Assembly (NCBI GenBank): GCA_902386385.1
Contig: CABMIU010000048.1
Coordinates: 1 to 49,309, forward strand
Direction of reading: 5' to 3'
Origin: an uncultured archaeon
Lineage (GTDB): Archaea > Iainarchaeota > Iainarchaeia > Iainarchaeales > Iainarchaeaceae
DNA: 49,309 nt
Of this stretch, positions 9,849 through 18,206 are shown piece after piece. Every line of letters starts with the position of its first letter. Within the stretch, counting starts at the first letter, position 1. The notes under the pieces were generated by a model. It saw nothing but the letters and a program-made list of their open reading frames with translations, was not told the origin of the DNA and did not search any database. The translations under genes and the position numbers were made by a program.

Positions 9849-10001
9849 TCAAAGCTCACTGGCTTTTGAAAAAACACTAGAAAAGGCCTTTTCGAAACCA
9901 ATCGCTTCGTCTTGAATCCTCTCACCGCCTTGTTCGAGGCACTTCACCAAGGCATCAGCCCTGGCCTGGCGGGCCTTCGAATCCTCATTTGAACGAGTCA
10001 T
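9849..10001 (-). CDS. Small hypothetical protein (50 aa, MTRSNEDSKARQARADALVKCLEQGG...)
   Basis: Below the ORF-track cutoff. SD-like GGTGGAG before ATG; BRE/TATA GAAAAGTATTTATATAAG at about 10044-10061; downstream C/T-rich tract. Confidence 0.55.
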   Translation of the reverse strand: MTRSNEDSKARQARADALVKCLEQGGERIQDEAIGFEKAFSSVFSKASEL

Positions 10002-10489
10002 CTACTCCACCAGTGCCCAAAACTGCAACCCAGTAAGCCCTTTCTTATATAAATACTTTTCGGTTGAACGGAGCACGCTGCAGCCTTTGTTTGCCAAAAA
10101 TTGTCATTTGCTCGAGTTATAGGCAAAAAAGAGGCTTTTACGGGCTTTTTTCTTATGTATATCTTGGTTTTTTTTCGTAAAATAAAAAAATTGAAAAAAG
10201 CGAAAAAAATCGGTTATGTATTAGATGCCTTTTCGCAGAGAATTTTGTGCCTAATCGCCAAAATAACATTTCTTGCTAAATGGGGTTTTTGTTAATTCAA
10301 TTTTGGCCAGTCTTCGCTTTTTGCCGGCAACATAACCATTTATTGCCGAACTTCTCAAATTTAACTTTGGAACGGGAATTCATTGCTTTGCCTTGCTTAA
10401 TAATTTCCTAATTTTTGTTGGAAAAAGAAAAAGAGTTTTGGAATAAGTCGGGCAGATTTTTTTTGGGGTGTTGAGGGAATTTTTTTGGG

Positions 10490-10654
10490 TTATTGCGCGG
10501 AGTTAGTGGAAGTTGCATGCAGCTCTATAGCTTCCCTGACATTCTTCAGCGCTTCATTCCTTGTCTTTCCTTGGCTTATGCACCCGGGTAAAGAAGGAAC
10601 GGTGGCAGTATACCAGCCATCCTCATCAATTTCAAGGGCAATTTTCCATTTCAT
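10490..10654 (-). CDS. hicB: HicB-family (UPF0150) antitoxin, 54 aa
   Basis: MKWKIALEIDEDGWYTATVPSLPGCISQGKTRNEALKNVREAIELH, a classic HicB N-domain; SD AGGTGA. Confidence 0.85.
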   Translation of the reverse strand: MKWKIALEIDEDGWYTATVPSLPGCISQGKTRNEALKNVREAIELHATSTNSAQ

Positions 10655-10812
10655 CAGTTTCACCTAAAAGAAAAGGGTGTAATCTTCCTATAAAAATTTC
10701 CTCATTTGAGCCTTACAGTGTCCAGCAACAGTTTCGTCTGAGAGCGCCTCGGAAGGGCGTATGTTTGTTGGGTGCGACGGATATCCCGCAAATAGTGGGA
10801 TAAGCCTGGCAT

Positions 10813-10882
10813 TTTTCTGCGTGAGCGGTTCTCTTTCCTTTTGATCAACTTTTACTTTCTCTTTTCAAGAGAAAGGAAAAGG
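10813..10882 (-). repeat. ~72-bp REP-like dispersed repeat, copy A
   Basis: CTTTCTCTTGAAAAGAGAAAG hairpin + AAAGAGAACCGCTCACGCA, shared with 15364 and 22111. Confidence 0.85.
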
Positions 10883-10887
10883 TTGCG

Positions 10888-12792
10888 TCACTTCAGGCGT
10901 ACCGTGTCCAAATTCCTTATGCTCTGCGAGGGCACCATGAATTTTGCAGAGAAGTACCTTGAAAGCTCAACGGTCTTTGCAGCTTCGCCGTGGTTGATGA
11001 GTGCCCTTTTCGGCTTTGGCTTTAGGTTGCGCATGTAGGCTACCAGCTCGTTCCTGTCCGAGTGACCCGAAAAGCCGTCCAGCGTTTCAATGCGCATGTT
11101 GACATTGAGCTTCCTTGTCCTGCCGTCGTTCTCCGTTATCGGCATTGTCTTGAGGCCCTGCTGCACTTTCCTTCCCATGCTCCCTTCGCCCTGGTACCCT
11201 ACAAATATTATCGTGTTTACCGGGTTCTCGGCCATCCTGTAGAAGTAACTAAGGCTCGCCCCGCCCGTGAGCATTCCGCTCGAAGCCAGTATGATTGACT
11301 TTCCCTGTTTTATTATATTGTCCCTGTCCTCCGGCTTTGCGACCTGGAACAATTCAGAAGTGAAAGGCGAATCGTTCTGCAGAACCCTCTTCTGGACAAT
11401 GGTCCTGAGGTATTCAGGGTATGCCGTGTGTATCGCGGAGCTTTCCCTCGTGAGGCCGTCAATGTACACCTTTGTTTCAGGGTCAAGGAGGCCTTTGCGG
11501 TAATAGTTCTCTATCACGAGCTGCAGCTCCTGCGCCCTTCCCACTGCAAATACCGGCAGGAGCACATTTCCGCCCTGTGAAACAGTTTCCTGCATAACCC
11601 TGAGCAGCTGTGCCTCAGTGTCCTCGCGCGATGGCTTCACGTCCTCCTTTGCGCCGTAAGTGCTTTCGAGCACAAGTGTTTCAAGGCGCGGGTAATTTAT
11701 GTCAACGTTGTTGAACAGTCTCGTGAACCCGTACTTTATGTCTGCTGAATACACGAGGTTGTGCGCCCCTTCCCCTATATGCAGGTGCACCGAGCCAGAG
11801 CCTAATATGTGCTCCGCGTTGTGGAAGGTAATCCTGATGTCATTGGCAATGTCTGTGACTTCGCGGTACTCGCGCGTTATGCAGTACTTGAGCATTTCCT
11901 TGACGTCGCGCTCGCTGAAAGGGTGCTCCTTGTTTTCCTTTGCGCTGATTTCAATCGCGTCAAAAAGCAGCAATGCAGATAAATCCCTTGTGGGTTCGGT
12001 GCAGTAAACAGGCCCCCGGTATCCCATTTTGAACAGGTAAGGGATGAAACCGCAGTGGTCCATGTGGGCATGGCTCAGTACAACCGCATCGAGTTCGGTG
12101 AGCGGGAACCTTATCGCATCGAGGTAAGGATATTCCTCCTCAGGACTCTGCGCTGCGACATTCACCCCGCAGTCGAGCAGGATTTTTGTCTTGCGGGTCT
12201 CCACCATTATGCAGCTCCTTCCGACCTGCCTGAACCCCCCCAATGGGGTGAGCCTTATCCAGCTCGGCTGGCACTTTTCAGAATAGATTTTCCTCGCGGT
12301 TTCCTGCAGGATTTTTTTCCTTTCGCCCGCATATTTCACGAGGTGTCTCCTTATTCCCACGAGTATTTCCGAAGGCTGGGTTGGCGACCTCACGATTTTC
12401 GGGGTCGATCCCGTCTGGATTATTATGTCCTTTGATGTCTGGCCCCCGTTCCCTATCACGAGGCCGGGCTTCAGGGCTTCTATCATTACTTCTGAAAAAG
12501 GCTCCATGAACTGGACATCGGAGACCTTGGCGTCCTCAGGTATAATCCTCAGGATTTTCTCCTTCGCCTCCTTTTCATCCATGAGCAGGCTCTTGTCGGC
12601 CCGTATGTTTATCTTCTTCTTGAGTTGCTGCGCCAGCGCCTTCACATATGACTCGTTGTCGTGGAAAGCTTTGGGGTTCTTTGTGTAAACCGCAATTTCG
12701 GGGCCCTCGATGTCAACGCTTGAAACGCCCGCATCTTCAGGCACAGTCGCCTGGACAATTTCCTTTACTTCCTTGAGGTACTGGAATTCCAT
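10888..12792 (-). CDS. fttA: aCPSF1/FttA, KH-domain beta-CASP ribonuclease / transcription termination factor
   Basis: N-terminal KH domains, GGFRQVGRS, SHAHMDH, GFSGHSD, NHGE. Confidence 0.96.
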   Translation of the reverse strand: MEFQYLKEVKEIVQATVPEDAGVSSVDIEGPEIAVYTKNPKAFHDNESYVKALAQQLKKKINIRADKSLLMDEKEAKEKILRIIPEDAKVSDVQFMEPFSEVMIEALKPGLVIGNGGQTSKDIIIQTGSTPKIVRSPTQPSEILVGIRRHLVKYAGERKKILQETARKIYSEKCQPSWIRLTPLGGFRQVGRSCIMVETRKTKILLDCGVNVAAQSPEEEYPYLDAIRFPLTELDAVVLSHAHMDHCGFIPYLFKMGYRGPVYCTEPTRDLSALLLFDAIEISAKENKEHPFSERDVKEMLKYCITREYREVTDIANDIRITFHNAEHILGSGSVHLHIGEGAHNLVYSADIKYGFTRLFNNVDINYPRLETLVLESTYGAKEDVKPSREDTEAQLLRVMQETVSQGGNVLLPVFAVGRAQELQLVIENYYRKGLLDPETKVYIDGLTRESSAIHTAYPEYLRTIVQKRVLQNDSPFTSELFQVAKPEDRDNIIKQGKSIILASSGMLTGGASLSYFYRMAENPVNTIIFVGYQGEGSMGRKVQQGLKTMPITENDGRTRKLNVNMRIETLDGFSGHSDRNELVAYMRNLKPKPKRALINHGEAAKTVELSRYFSAKFMVPSQSIRNLDTVRLK

Positions 12793-12936
12793 ACGTTCAA
12801 CTCCCTGGTGTCATGAAAATTTTGTGGCTATACTCCGAACTAATAAATGATAAAATAAGCAAAAATTATATGGGCAAAATTTGCCTGCCTTTTCGTCTTT
12901 TTTTGGCTGATTTTGGGTTTCCTTTATGCCAGGCAT

Positions 12937-13581
12937 TCACTGGCTGCTTTCCTTTGCCGGCCTCTCGACCGCAGACTTTGAAACTTCCCTCACGCCCTTT
13001 GCATCGACGACCCAGACCGTGACGCCTACGCCGCCTGAAAAAACATCCCTTCTCTTTCCAGATTCAACAGCCCTTATCGCTAGGTTTATGGCTTCCTTTT
13101 CGCCCATTCCCTTTTTGTAGCCAAGGTCAAGGGTCGTGAGTGCGGGCTCCGTGCCTGAACCAGAAACCGCGTAATTCGTCCTTTCCAAAACCGCCCCATA
13201 AGGGGTCACATCGAAGAGGCCCGGCTTGCCGTTGAAGCCGCCCACGAGGAACTGGACAATGAAAGGGTAATACCTGTTCGCTCCGAGGACATTCGAGAGC
13301 AAGGTTGAAGCAGCCCTCGCGGTCATTTTCTCGCCGCGCTCAAGCTCGTAAACCTTTGCCTGTGACCGTATGAACCTTATAACCGTGAGCGAATCCCCGA
13401 CATTTCCCGCATTCGTCATTGCAACAATGTCGTTGACCCTGTAAATTTTCTCGGACTCCTCCTCGTATGCGATGTGGCCCATGCTCGCGCGCTTGTCCGC
13501 TGCGAGCACAACGCCGCCATCATAAATCAGGCCGACTGTCGTTGTCCCTGTCTTTACGTCCTTAGCCTCTTGCTCTGCCAT
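12937..13581 (-). CDS. psmB: Proteasome subunit beta
   Basis: KTG-TTTVGL autocleavage site, AADKRAS, SGSG, RRDVFSG; conserved adjacency to aCPSF1. Confidence 0.96.
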   Translation of the reverse strand: MAEQEAKDVKTGTTTVGLIYDGGVVLAADKRASMGHIAYEEESEKIYRVNDIVAMTNAGNVGDSLTVIRFIRSQAKVYELERGEKMTARAASTLLSNVLGANRYYPFIVQFLVGGFNGKPGLFDVTPYGAVLERTNYAVSGSGTEPALTTLDLGYKKGMGEKEAINLAIRAVESGKRRDVFSGGVGVTVWVVDAKGVREVSKSAVERPAKESSQ

Positions 13582-13981
13582 AAGAAATAACCCGATTGAC
13601 AAAATTAGCTTGTGAATGAATAATTCCTGTTCCCAAAACTTTAAAAAGGTTGGCTGGCCGGAAAAAACAAGGGGTGCCGCCTGTTATTGGTTTACCAGTC
13701 ACTCTCTTCGCGCAATTTATCCTTATGCTTCTGGCTGTCTATTTTCCAGCCCTTCGCGGACCGAAAACTTTGGGTCCGGGAAATCCATCTGATTATGCCT
13801 TTGCCTTCCTTGGCTGATAAGCCACGGCAAGCATTTTTTCTGTCGGCTCACTTTTCCCTGTTGTCATTGGCTCAATTTCCGCCTTTGCCACCGGCCCGAT
13901 TTCTGCCATTGATTTCTGCATCAGTTTCTTGTCGAGCTCAATGTTACTGCGTTTGACGTAAAAAGGCACATTCTGGAAAAA

Positions 13982-14194
13982 ATGGTGCGACACAATTGGT
14001 GGGGCGGGAAACATACTGCTTTTGACAACCTTTGGAAGAAGGGCATTCCTCCTGAGCACTGGAATGATTACAAAAACGAGCTGAAACAACTTTGCAGGGA
14101 GGGTTTCATAATTGAGAAGCCAACCGGCTATGGCCTTCATGTTCCCCTTAACCCGAGAATGAAGGCTGAAATCGAAAGGATTATTTTCAGTTGA
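13982..14194 (+). CDS. Small archaeal hypothetical protein (winged-helix-like), possibly 5'-truncated
   Basis: WWGGKHT...ELKQLCREGFIIEKPTGYGLHVPLNP; frame is open upstream to about 13913 without an ATG. Confidence 0.6.
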   Translation: MVRHNWWGGKHTAFDNLWKKGIPPEHWNDYKNELKQLCREGFIIEKPTGYGLHVPLNPRMKAEIERIIFS

Positions 14195-14226
14195 GCAAAT
14201 TTATTTTTTTGAAGGCTTTTGCCTTT

Positions 14227-15264
14227 TCAGCTCGGCCTTGTTTTGCGCTTGGCGTGCCATATCGCGGTCGATTCAGTTGATTGCGATGGCGCAATGCCTT
14301 TCGGCTTTTCCTTCGGGGATGGCCTGACAATCATCGTGGTGTCGGTTTTCTTGACTTCGAGCTTCCTTTTCTCGGCTTTAGGTTCCGCTTTTTCCTTTGC
14401 AATGGCATTGTTTTTTGCCTCGGCAACTGATGCCGGGACAATTGTGGCGTCGGGCAATTTTTTGCTTTCCGCCTGTTCCGCAGGGCCTGCAGGTTCGCCC
14501 TGTTTTTCACTTTCATCTTTTTTTTCAGTTTCAAGCGTTTCAGCAATCTTTATTTCGGTTATCCCGGGAATGATTTCCTTCATTGTTTTCGAGAAGGCTG
14601 GCACGAGCCTGGCTAGCTGCGGGGCAAGCTCTTTGGGCAGTTCCACGGTAAGCTTTCCAGATTCGAGCCTTGCCTCTGCCTTTGTTCCCTTCAGGGGGAA
14701 GAATTTGTCCACGAGGGCCCGGCACTTTTCATCCGCGGATTCAAGTTCCTTCGCAATGCGCAGTTTGTATTCAACCTCTTTTCCCGCGAGGTCATTGTTC
14801 AGGTCAACCCTCACGCGCCCCCCGGAAACGGTCTGCACCCTCCCGAGCGAGCCGTTGAGGTCAACAATTAGCCCCGGCCGCGGCATTATTTTCCTTTCAG
14901 TGAACTGGCTAAGGTGTACGACAACAATGAGGTCAGGCCTCCTTTCGCCGAATGCCTTTTCAGCGGGAAGCCTCACAACGCGTTCCTCCCCCTCCTTCAT
15001 TGAATCGAGTTCCGCATCAATCGCGGGCAGGATGTCATTGTGGCCGATTATGATAGGGACGGCCCTGAATGCCGAGTTCTCGTTCCAAAGCCCGTTTTCC
15101 CTCGCTTCATGTTCCGATGTAGTGTCAAAAACCCTGTTGTTCATTAGTTCCTTTCCCGTGAACTCAAGCAGCACAACCCTTTTTCCGCTGCCCTTGGCAT
15201 TGGAAGAACCCTTCAATGCGTTGCTTTCATTGCCGTCTTTGCCAGCCGTGTCTGTTCCAGCCAT
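14227..15264 (-). CDS. Long-type FKBP peptidyl-prolyl isomerase (SlyD-like)
   Basis: VFDTT, PAEKAFGER, GRVRVDLNNDLAGK; charged C-terminal tail. Confidence 0.92.
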   Translation of the reverse strand: MAGTDTAGKDGNESNALKGSSNAKGSGKRVVLLEFTGKELMNNRVFDTTSEHEARENGLWNENSAFRAVPIIIGHNDILPAIDAELDSMKEGEERVVRLPAEKAFGERRPDLIVVVHLSQFTERKIMPRPGLIVDLNGSLGRVQTVSGGRVRVDLNNDLAGKEVEYKLRIAKELESADEKCRALVDKFFPLKGTKAEARLESGKLTVELPKELAPQLARLVPAFSKTMKEIIPGITEIKIAETLETEKKDESEKQGEPAGPAEQAESKKLPDATIVPASVAEAKNNAIAKEKAEPKAEKRKLEVKKTDTTMIVRPSPKEKPKGIAPSQSTESTAIWHAKRKTRPS

Positions 15265-15363
15265 TTTCCTCACCAAAAAATTTGATTTATAATCCAATCG
15301 CAGGATTAACTATCAAAGCTTAATGGCTTTTGCCCGCAATGGTTTTAAAGGCTTGTTATCAGC

Positions 15364-15435
15364 CCTTTTTCTTTCTCTTGAAAAGAGAAAGAAAAGCGCT
15401 GGCGGAAAAGAAAGAGAACGGCTCACGCATAAAAA
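15364..15435 (+). repeat. ~72-bp REP-like dispersed repeat, copy B
   Basis: TTTTCTTTCTCTTGAAAAGAGAAAGAAAA hairpin + AAAGAGAACGGCTCACGCA. Confidence 0.85.
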
Positions 15436-15463
15436 GCTTTATGTTTTGCCTTTTGGTGGTCAG

Positions 15464-16798
15464 ATGGCGTTTTCAAAAAAGCAGATTTTCAGCCTCCTTG
15501 TCTTTGTTGTAATGGCGGGTTCAATGTTCGTGCTGCTCGTGCGTGACTCATCAAATCCTAACCCCGTGCCATCCGTGCAGCCTTCCCAGGGCCCCGCTAC
15601 AAATGTTTCATATTCTGCAAAGGGCGTCCAGGCAAAAGTCCTGCAGGTTTTCCCCAATGCAACGCTCATCGGCTCGACCGATGCCCTCGACGTTTCAGAG
15701 GTTGATGCAAAGCTGGGCGGGGTGCCGGGCATACTGGCTGTTTCAGGCTCGGAATTCATCGAGACGCAGGGCAATGTGGCGAATTTCAGAACCTCGGTAA
15801 GGTTCGCGTCGCTGGAAAAGCTGCAGGAATCCCTGAAGCAGATAAAGGACACGAATGCATTCAAGATATTCGAGGTTTTCCCGCTTGCGCTGATTTCCGT
15901 GCCGAAGGACATAGAGTTCACGAATGAAACCGCGGGCCTGAGCCAGAGCTATTCCCCCCCTGGGCAGCAGGCGCAGTCAGTCGTCACCATTGACACGCAA
16001 AAAGGAGACCAGATAGAGGTTACCCTGAATGCGGGATTTCAGGGGCAGAGCATCACATCGCTTTCAGGCATAATAGAGCGCAACCTCACATCTTCTCCGC
16101 AGGTCTTCTTTGTCACGGATTCTTTCAAGGTTGCCGGAATGGAAAATGGCTTCATGGTGCAGGGCAGCGCGCCGGCATCGAAGAGGGCCGGTCTCGAAGC
16201 CGCAAAAGCAGTGCTTGAATCCAGTGCGGATTACAACGCTTCCCTCGGGGTTGCCGCAATGGGTGGTGAGGCAAAAATCCTCCTGGCAGAACCCGGAAAG
16301 GCAAACAAAGGGGACCTGAACTCGGCAATGGCCTTGGTCCCCGGCCTGAAATCTTACAATATCGACCTGAACAAGGGCATTGTTTCCATCGCGGCCCAGG
16401 ATGAAAATAATTATCCCGCCGCATTGCAGTCAGCAAAGTCAGGCATCGAGGCCCTTGGCCTTGCGGTCGTTTCCGTTGAGGAGCCAAAGTATGCGCTCAG
16501 CGGCACTGTCGAGCTGCTTTCAAGCACAAAGGAAGGCTTCTTGGCTTTGACATCAAAGGCCTCGCTTGACAGCGGCATTGAACTGTCTGTGAAACAGTCC
16601 GTACGCATAGACGCCAATTCCATTTTCGTCCCCGACCAGAACATTGCCCTTCCTCTCGAGGGCAGCTCCTTCCCGGCTTATGTGGGCACAAGCCACGCCG
16701 TGGGCGATGATGTTAACCTTTCCCTGATGATTGTGGGCAATGCCCGCACAGGCATAATGCAGCTGCAGGCAATGGAAGCGGCGGCAGGAAGCGGCTGA
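15464..16798 (+). CDS. N-terminally anchored extracellular hypothetical protein
   Basis: SD-like GGTGGT, then MAFSKKQIF + TM; 444-aa ORF. Confidence 0.75.
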   Translation: MAFSKKQIFSLLVFVVMAGSMFVLLVRDSSNPNPVPSVQPSQGPATNVSYSAKGVQAKVLQVFPNATLIGSTDALDVSEVDAKLGGVPGILAVSGSEFIETQGNVANFRTSVRFASLEKLQESLKQIKDTNAFKIFEVFPLALISVPKDIEFTNETAGLSQSYSPPGQQAQSVVTIDTQKGDQIEVTLNAGFQGQSITSLSGIIERNLTSSPQVFFVTDSFKVAGMENGFMVQGSAPASKRAGLEAAKAVLESSADYNASLGVAAMGGEAKILLAEPGKANKGDLNSAMALVPGLKSYNIDLNKGIVSIAAQDENNYPAALQSAKSGIEALGLAVVSVEEPKYALSGTVELLSSTKEGFLALTSKASLDSGIELSVKQSVRIDANSIFVPDQNIALPLEGSSFPAYVGTSHAVGDDVNLSLMIVGNARTGIMQLQAMEAAAGSG

Positions 16799-16987
16799 AA
16801 CCGGAGTGCAAAAAAATTTCCAGGCACCGCCGCCGGCAATCCGAGTGTTTTCAGTATTTTTTGACATCTGACTTATTTCTGCCCAGTGGCCGCTTTTTTT
16901 ATTTTTTCCCGAAAATCTTTTTAAGCAGAAACGCATAATATAACAACAGGATTTTTTGGTTTTGTTGAACAGCGACTGAAAATCGTA

Positions 16988-17455
16988 ATGCTTTTTTCGG
17001 AACGGAATCAGGGAATGAAAGCTTTTTCTTCTGGCGGAAAAATTTTGCTTGAGGGCACGCACCTCATGCTTGACTGCTTCGGGTGCGACAAAAATGCACT
17101 CGGCGAGAGTGAAACAATTTCACGCTTCCTTGCAGCCCTGCCCACCGCCCTTGGAATGAAGAAGCTCATCGAGCCCTATATCGTATGTTATCCCGGCGGG
17201 GATACCTGGGACAAGGGGGGCATAACCGGCTTCATGCTAATTGCCGAGAGCCACATAAGCATCCACACCTTTCCCGACGATGGCTTCTTCACCGCCGATG
17301 TCTATTCCTGCAAGCCTTTTGACGTGCAGAAAGCGGTCGCCCTATTCAAGGAAACCTTCAGGTATACACGCGAGAAAATAAAGATGGTGAAGCGCGACAT
17401 CGAAGTTGTCCGTGACAAGAACCTCGCTGAAATGGCTTTGGCTAGGGCGAAGTGA
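16988..17455 (+). CDS. speH: Pyruvoyl-dependent S-adenosylmethionine decarboxylase proenzyme (SpeD/SpeH family)
   Basis: GTHLMLD, GITGFMLIAESHISIHTFP (E/S cleavage site), DVYSC. Confidence 0.9.
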   Translation: MLFSERNQGMKAFSSGGKILLEGTHLMLDCFGCDKNALGESETISRFLAALPTALGMKKLIEPYIVCYPGGDTWDKGGITGFMLIAESHISIHTFPDDGFFTADVYSCKPFDVQKAVALFKETFRYTREKIKMVKRDIEVVRDKNLAEMALARAK

Positions 17456-17548
17456 AGCAATTCCCTGTTTTTTGTGCAGCGGCGTTCAAACAGCAAATCC
17501 CTCACAATATTGTGGCGGAAAGGCACCGCTGCGGCCTGGCTTCACAAT

Positions 17549-17890
17549 TCACTTTTTCAGTTTTTCAATCGCCTCGGCGATGTCGCCTTTTGTTTCCCCG
17601 AGCGCGGCGCTGGCATTTTCCCTTGAAACTCCTGCCTGCTCTGCAACCATCAGGATGTCGGCTTCGGGGATTTCCGGCACGCTTGCTTCCTCGCGTTCCT
17701 CGCCCATTATCGTGTAAGTTTTCCTGCCGCCCATGTTGATTGCTGTCACTTGCGGGGAATCTATTATTATTTTCCTGCCCTCGGCCTCGATTACGACCCT
17801 TTTCGCTGGAATGTCCTCGCTCTTTATCCCAAGCTGCTTCATCATCGCCTTCATCTGCCGCGGGTCCATTCCGCCCAAACCTGGAAACAT
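17549..17890 (-). CDS. nac: Nascent polypeptide-associated complex protein
   Basis: MDPRQMKAMMKQLGI; C-terminal UBA domain (DILMVAEQAGVS...GDIAEAI). Confidence 0.95.
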   Translation of the reverse strand: MFPGLGGMDPRQMKAMMKQLGIKSEDIPAKRVVIEAEGRKIIIDSPQVTAINMGGRKTYTIMGEEREEASVPEIPEADILMVAEQAGVSRENASAALGETKGDIAEAIEKLKK

Positions 17891-18206
17891 TTCAAACCAC
17901 CTTTACCCATGATTCCGAAAAAAGCTTATTATAGCAAACGGTGGAAGCCTTCGGCGACCAAAAAGGGCCTGCCATTCACCACCGCCGCTGGCAAGTCCGG
18001 CCTGCTCGCCGGAAAGTGGCGATTGCTTTGCAGCAAATCCGTTGGCGAACAGCAGAGATAATATAGTAGTTTGTTTGTTCTTTTCCTTCGATGGGCTTTG
18101 AGGTTTCTCCATGGGCCGGGTTTTGATGGGTAATTGTTGGCACGCTCCGGGTGCGTTTCGGAAACATGCCGAATCCCGTGCAGAAAGCAGGGTTTTGCAT
18201 GGCCGG

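Noticed and set aside
9955-10020. tRNA-like look on the minus strand (GGGCAC...TTCGAA...GCCCGCCA)
   Set aside because: No cloverleaf or proper T-arm; better explained as the SD and start of the 50-aa ORF.
10100-10480. AT-rich tract as a replication origin
   Set aside because: No ORB-like motifs or adjacent initiator gene.
10888-13581. psmB-aCPSF1 adjacency as a novel link
   Set aside because: Well-known conserved archaeal synteny.
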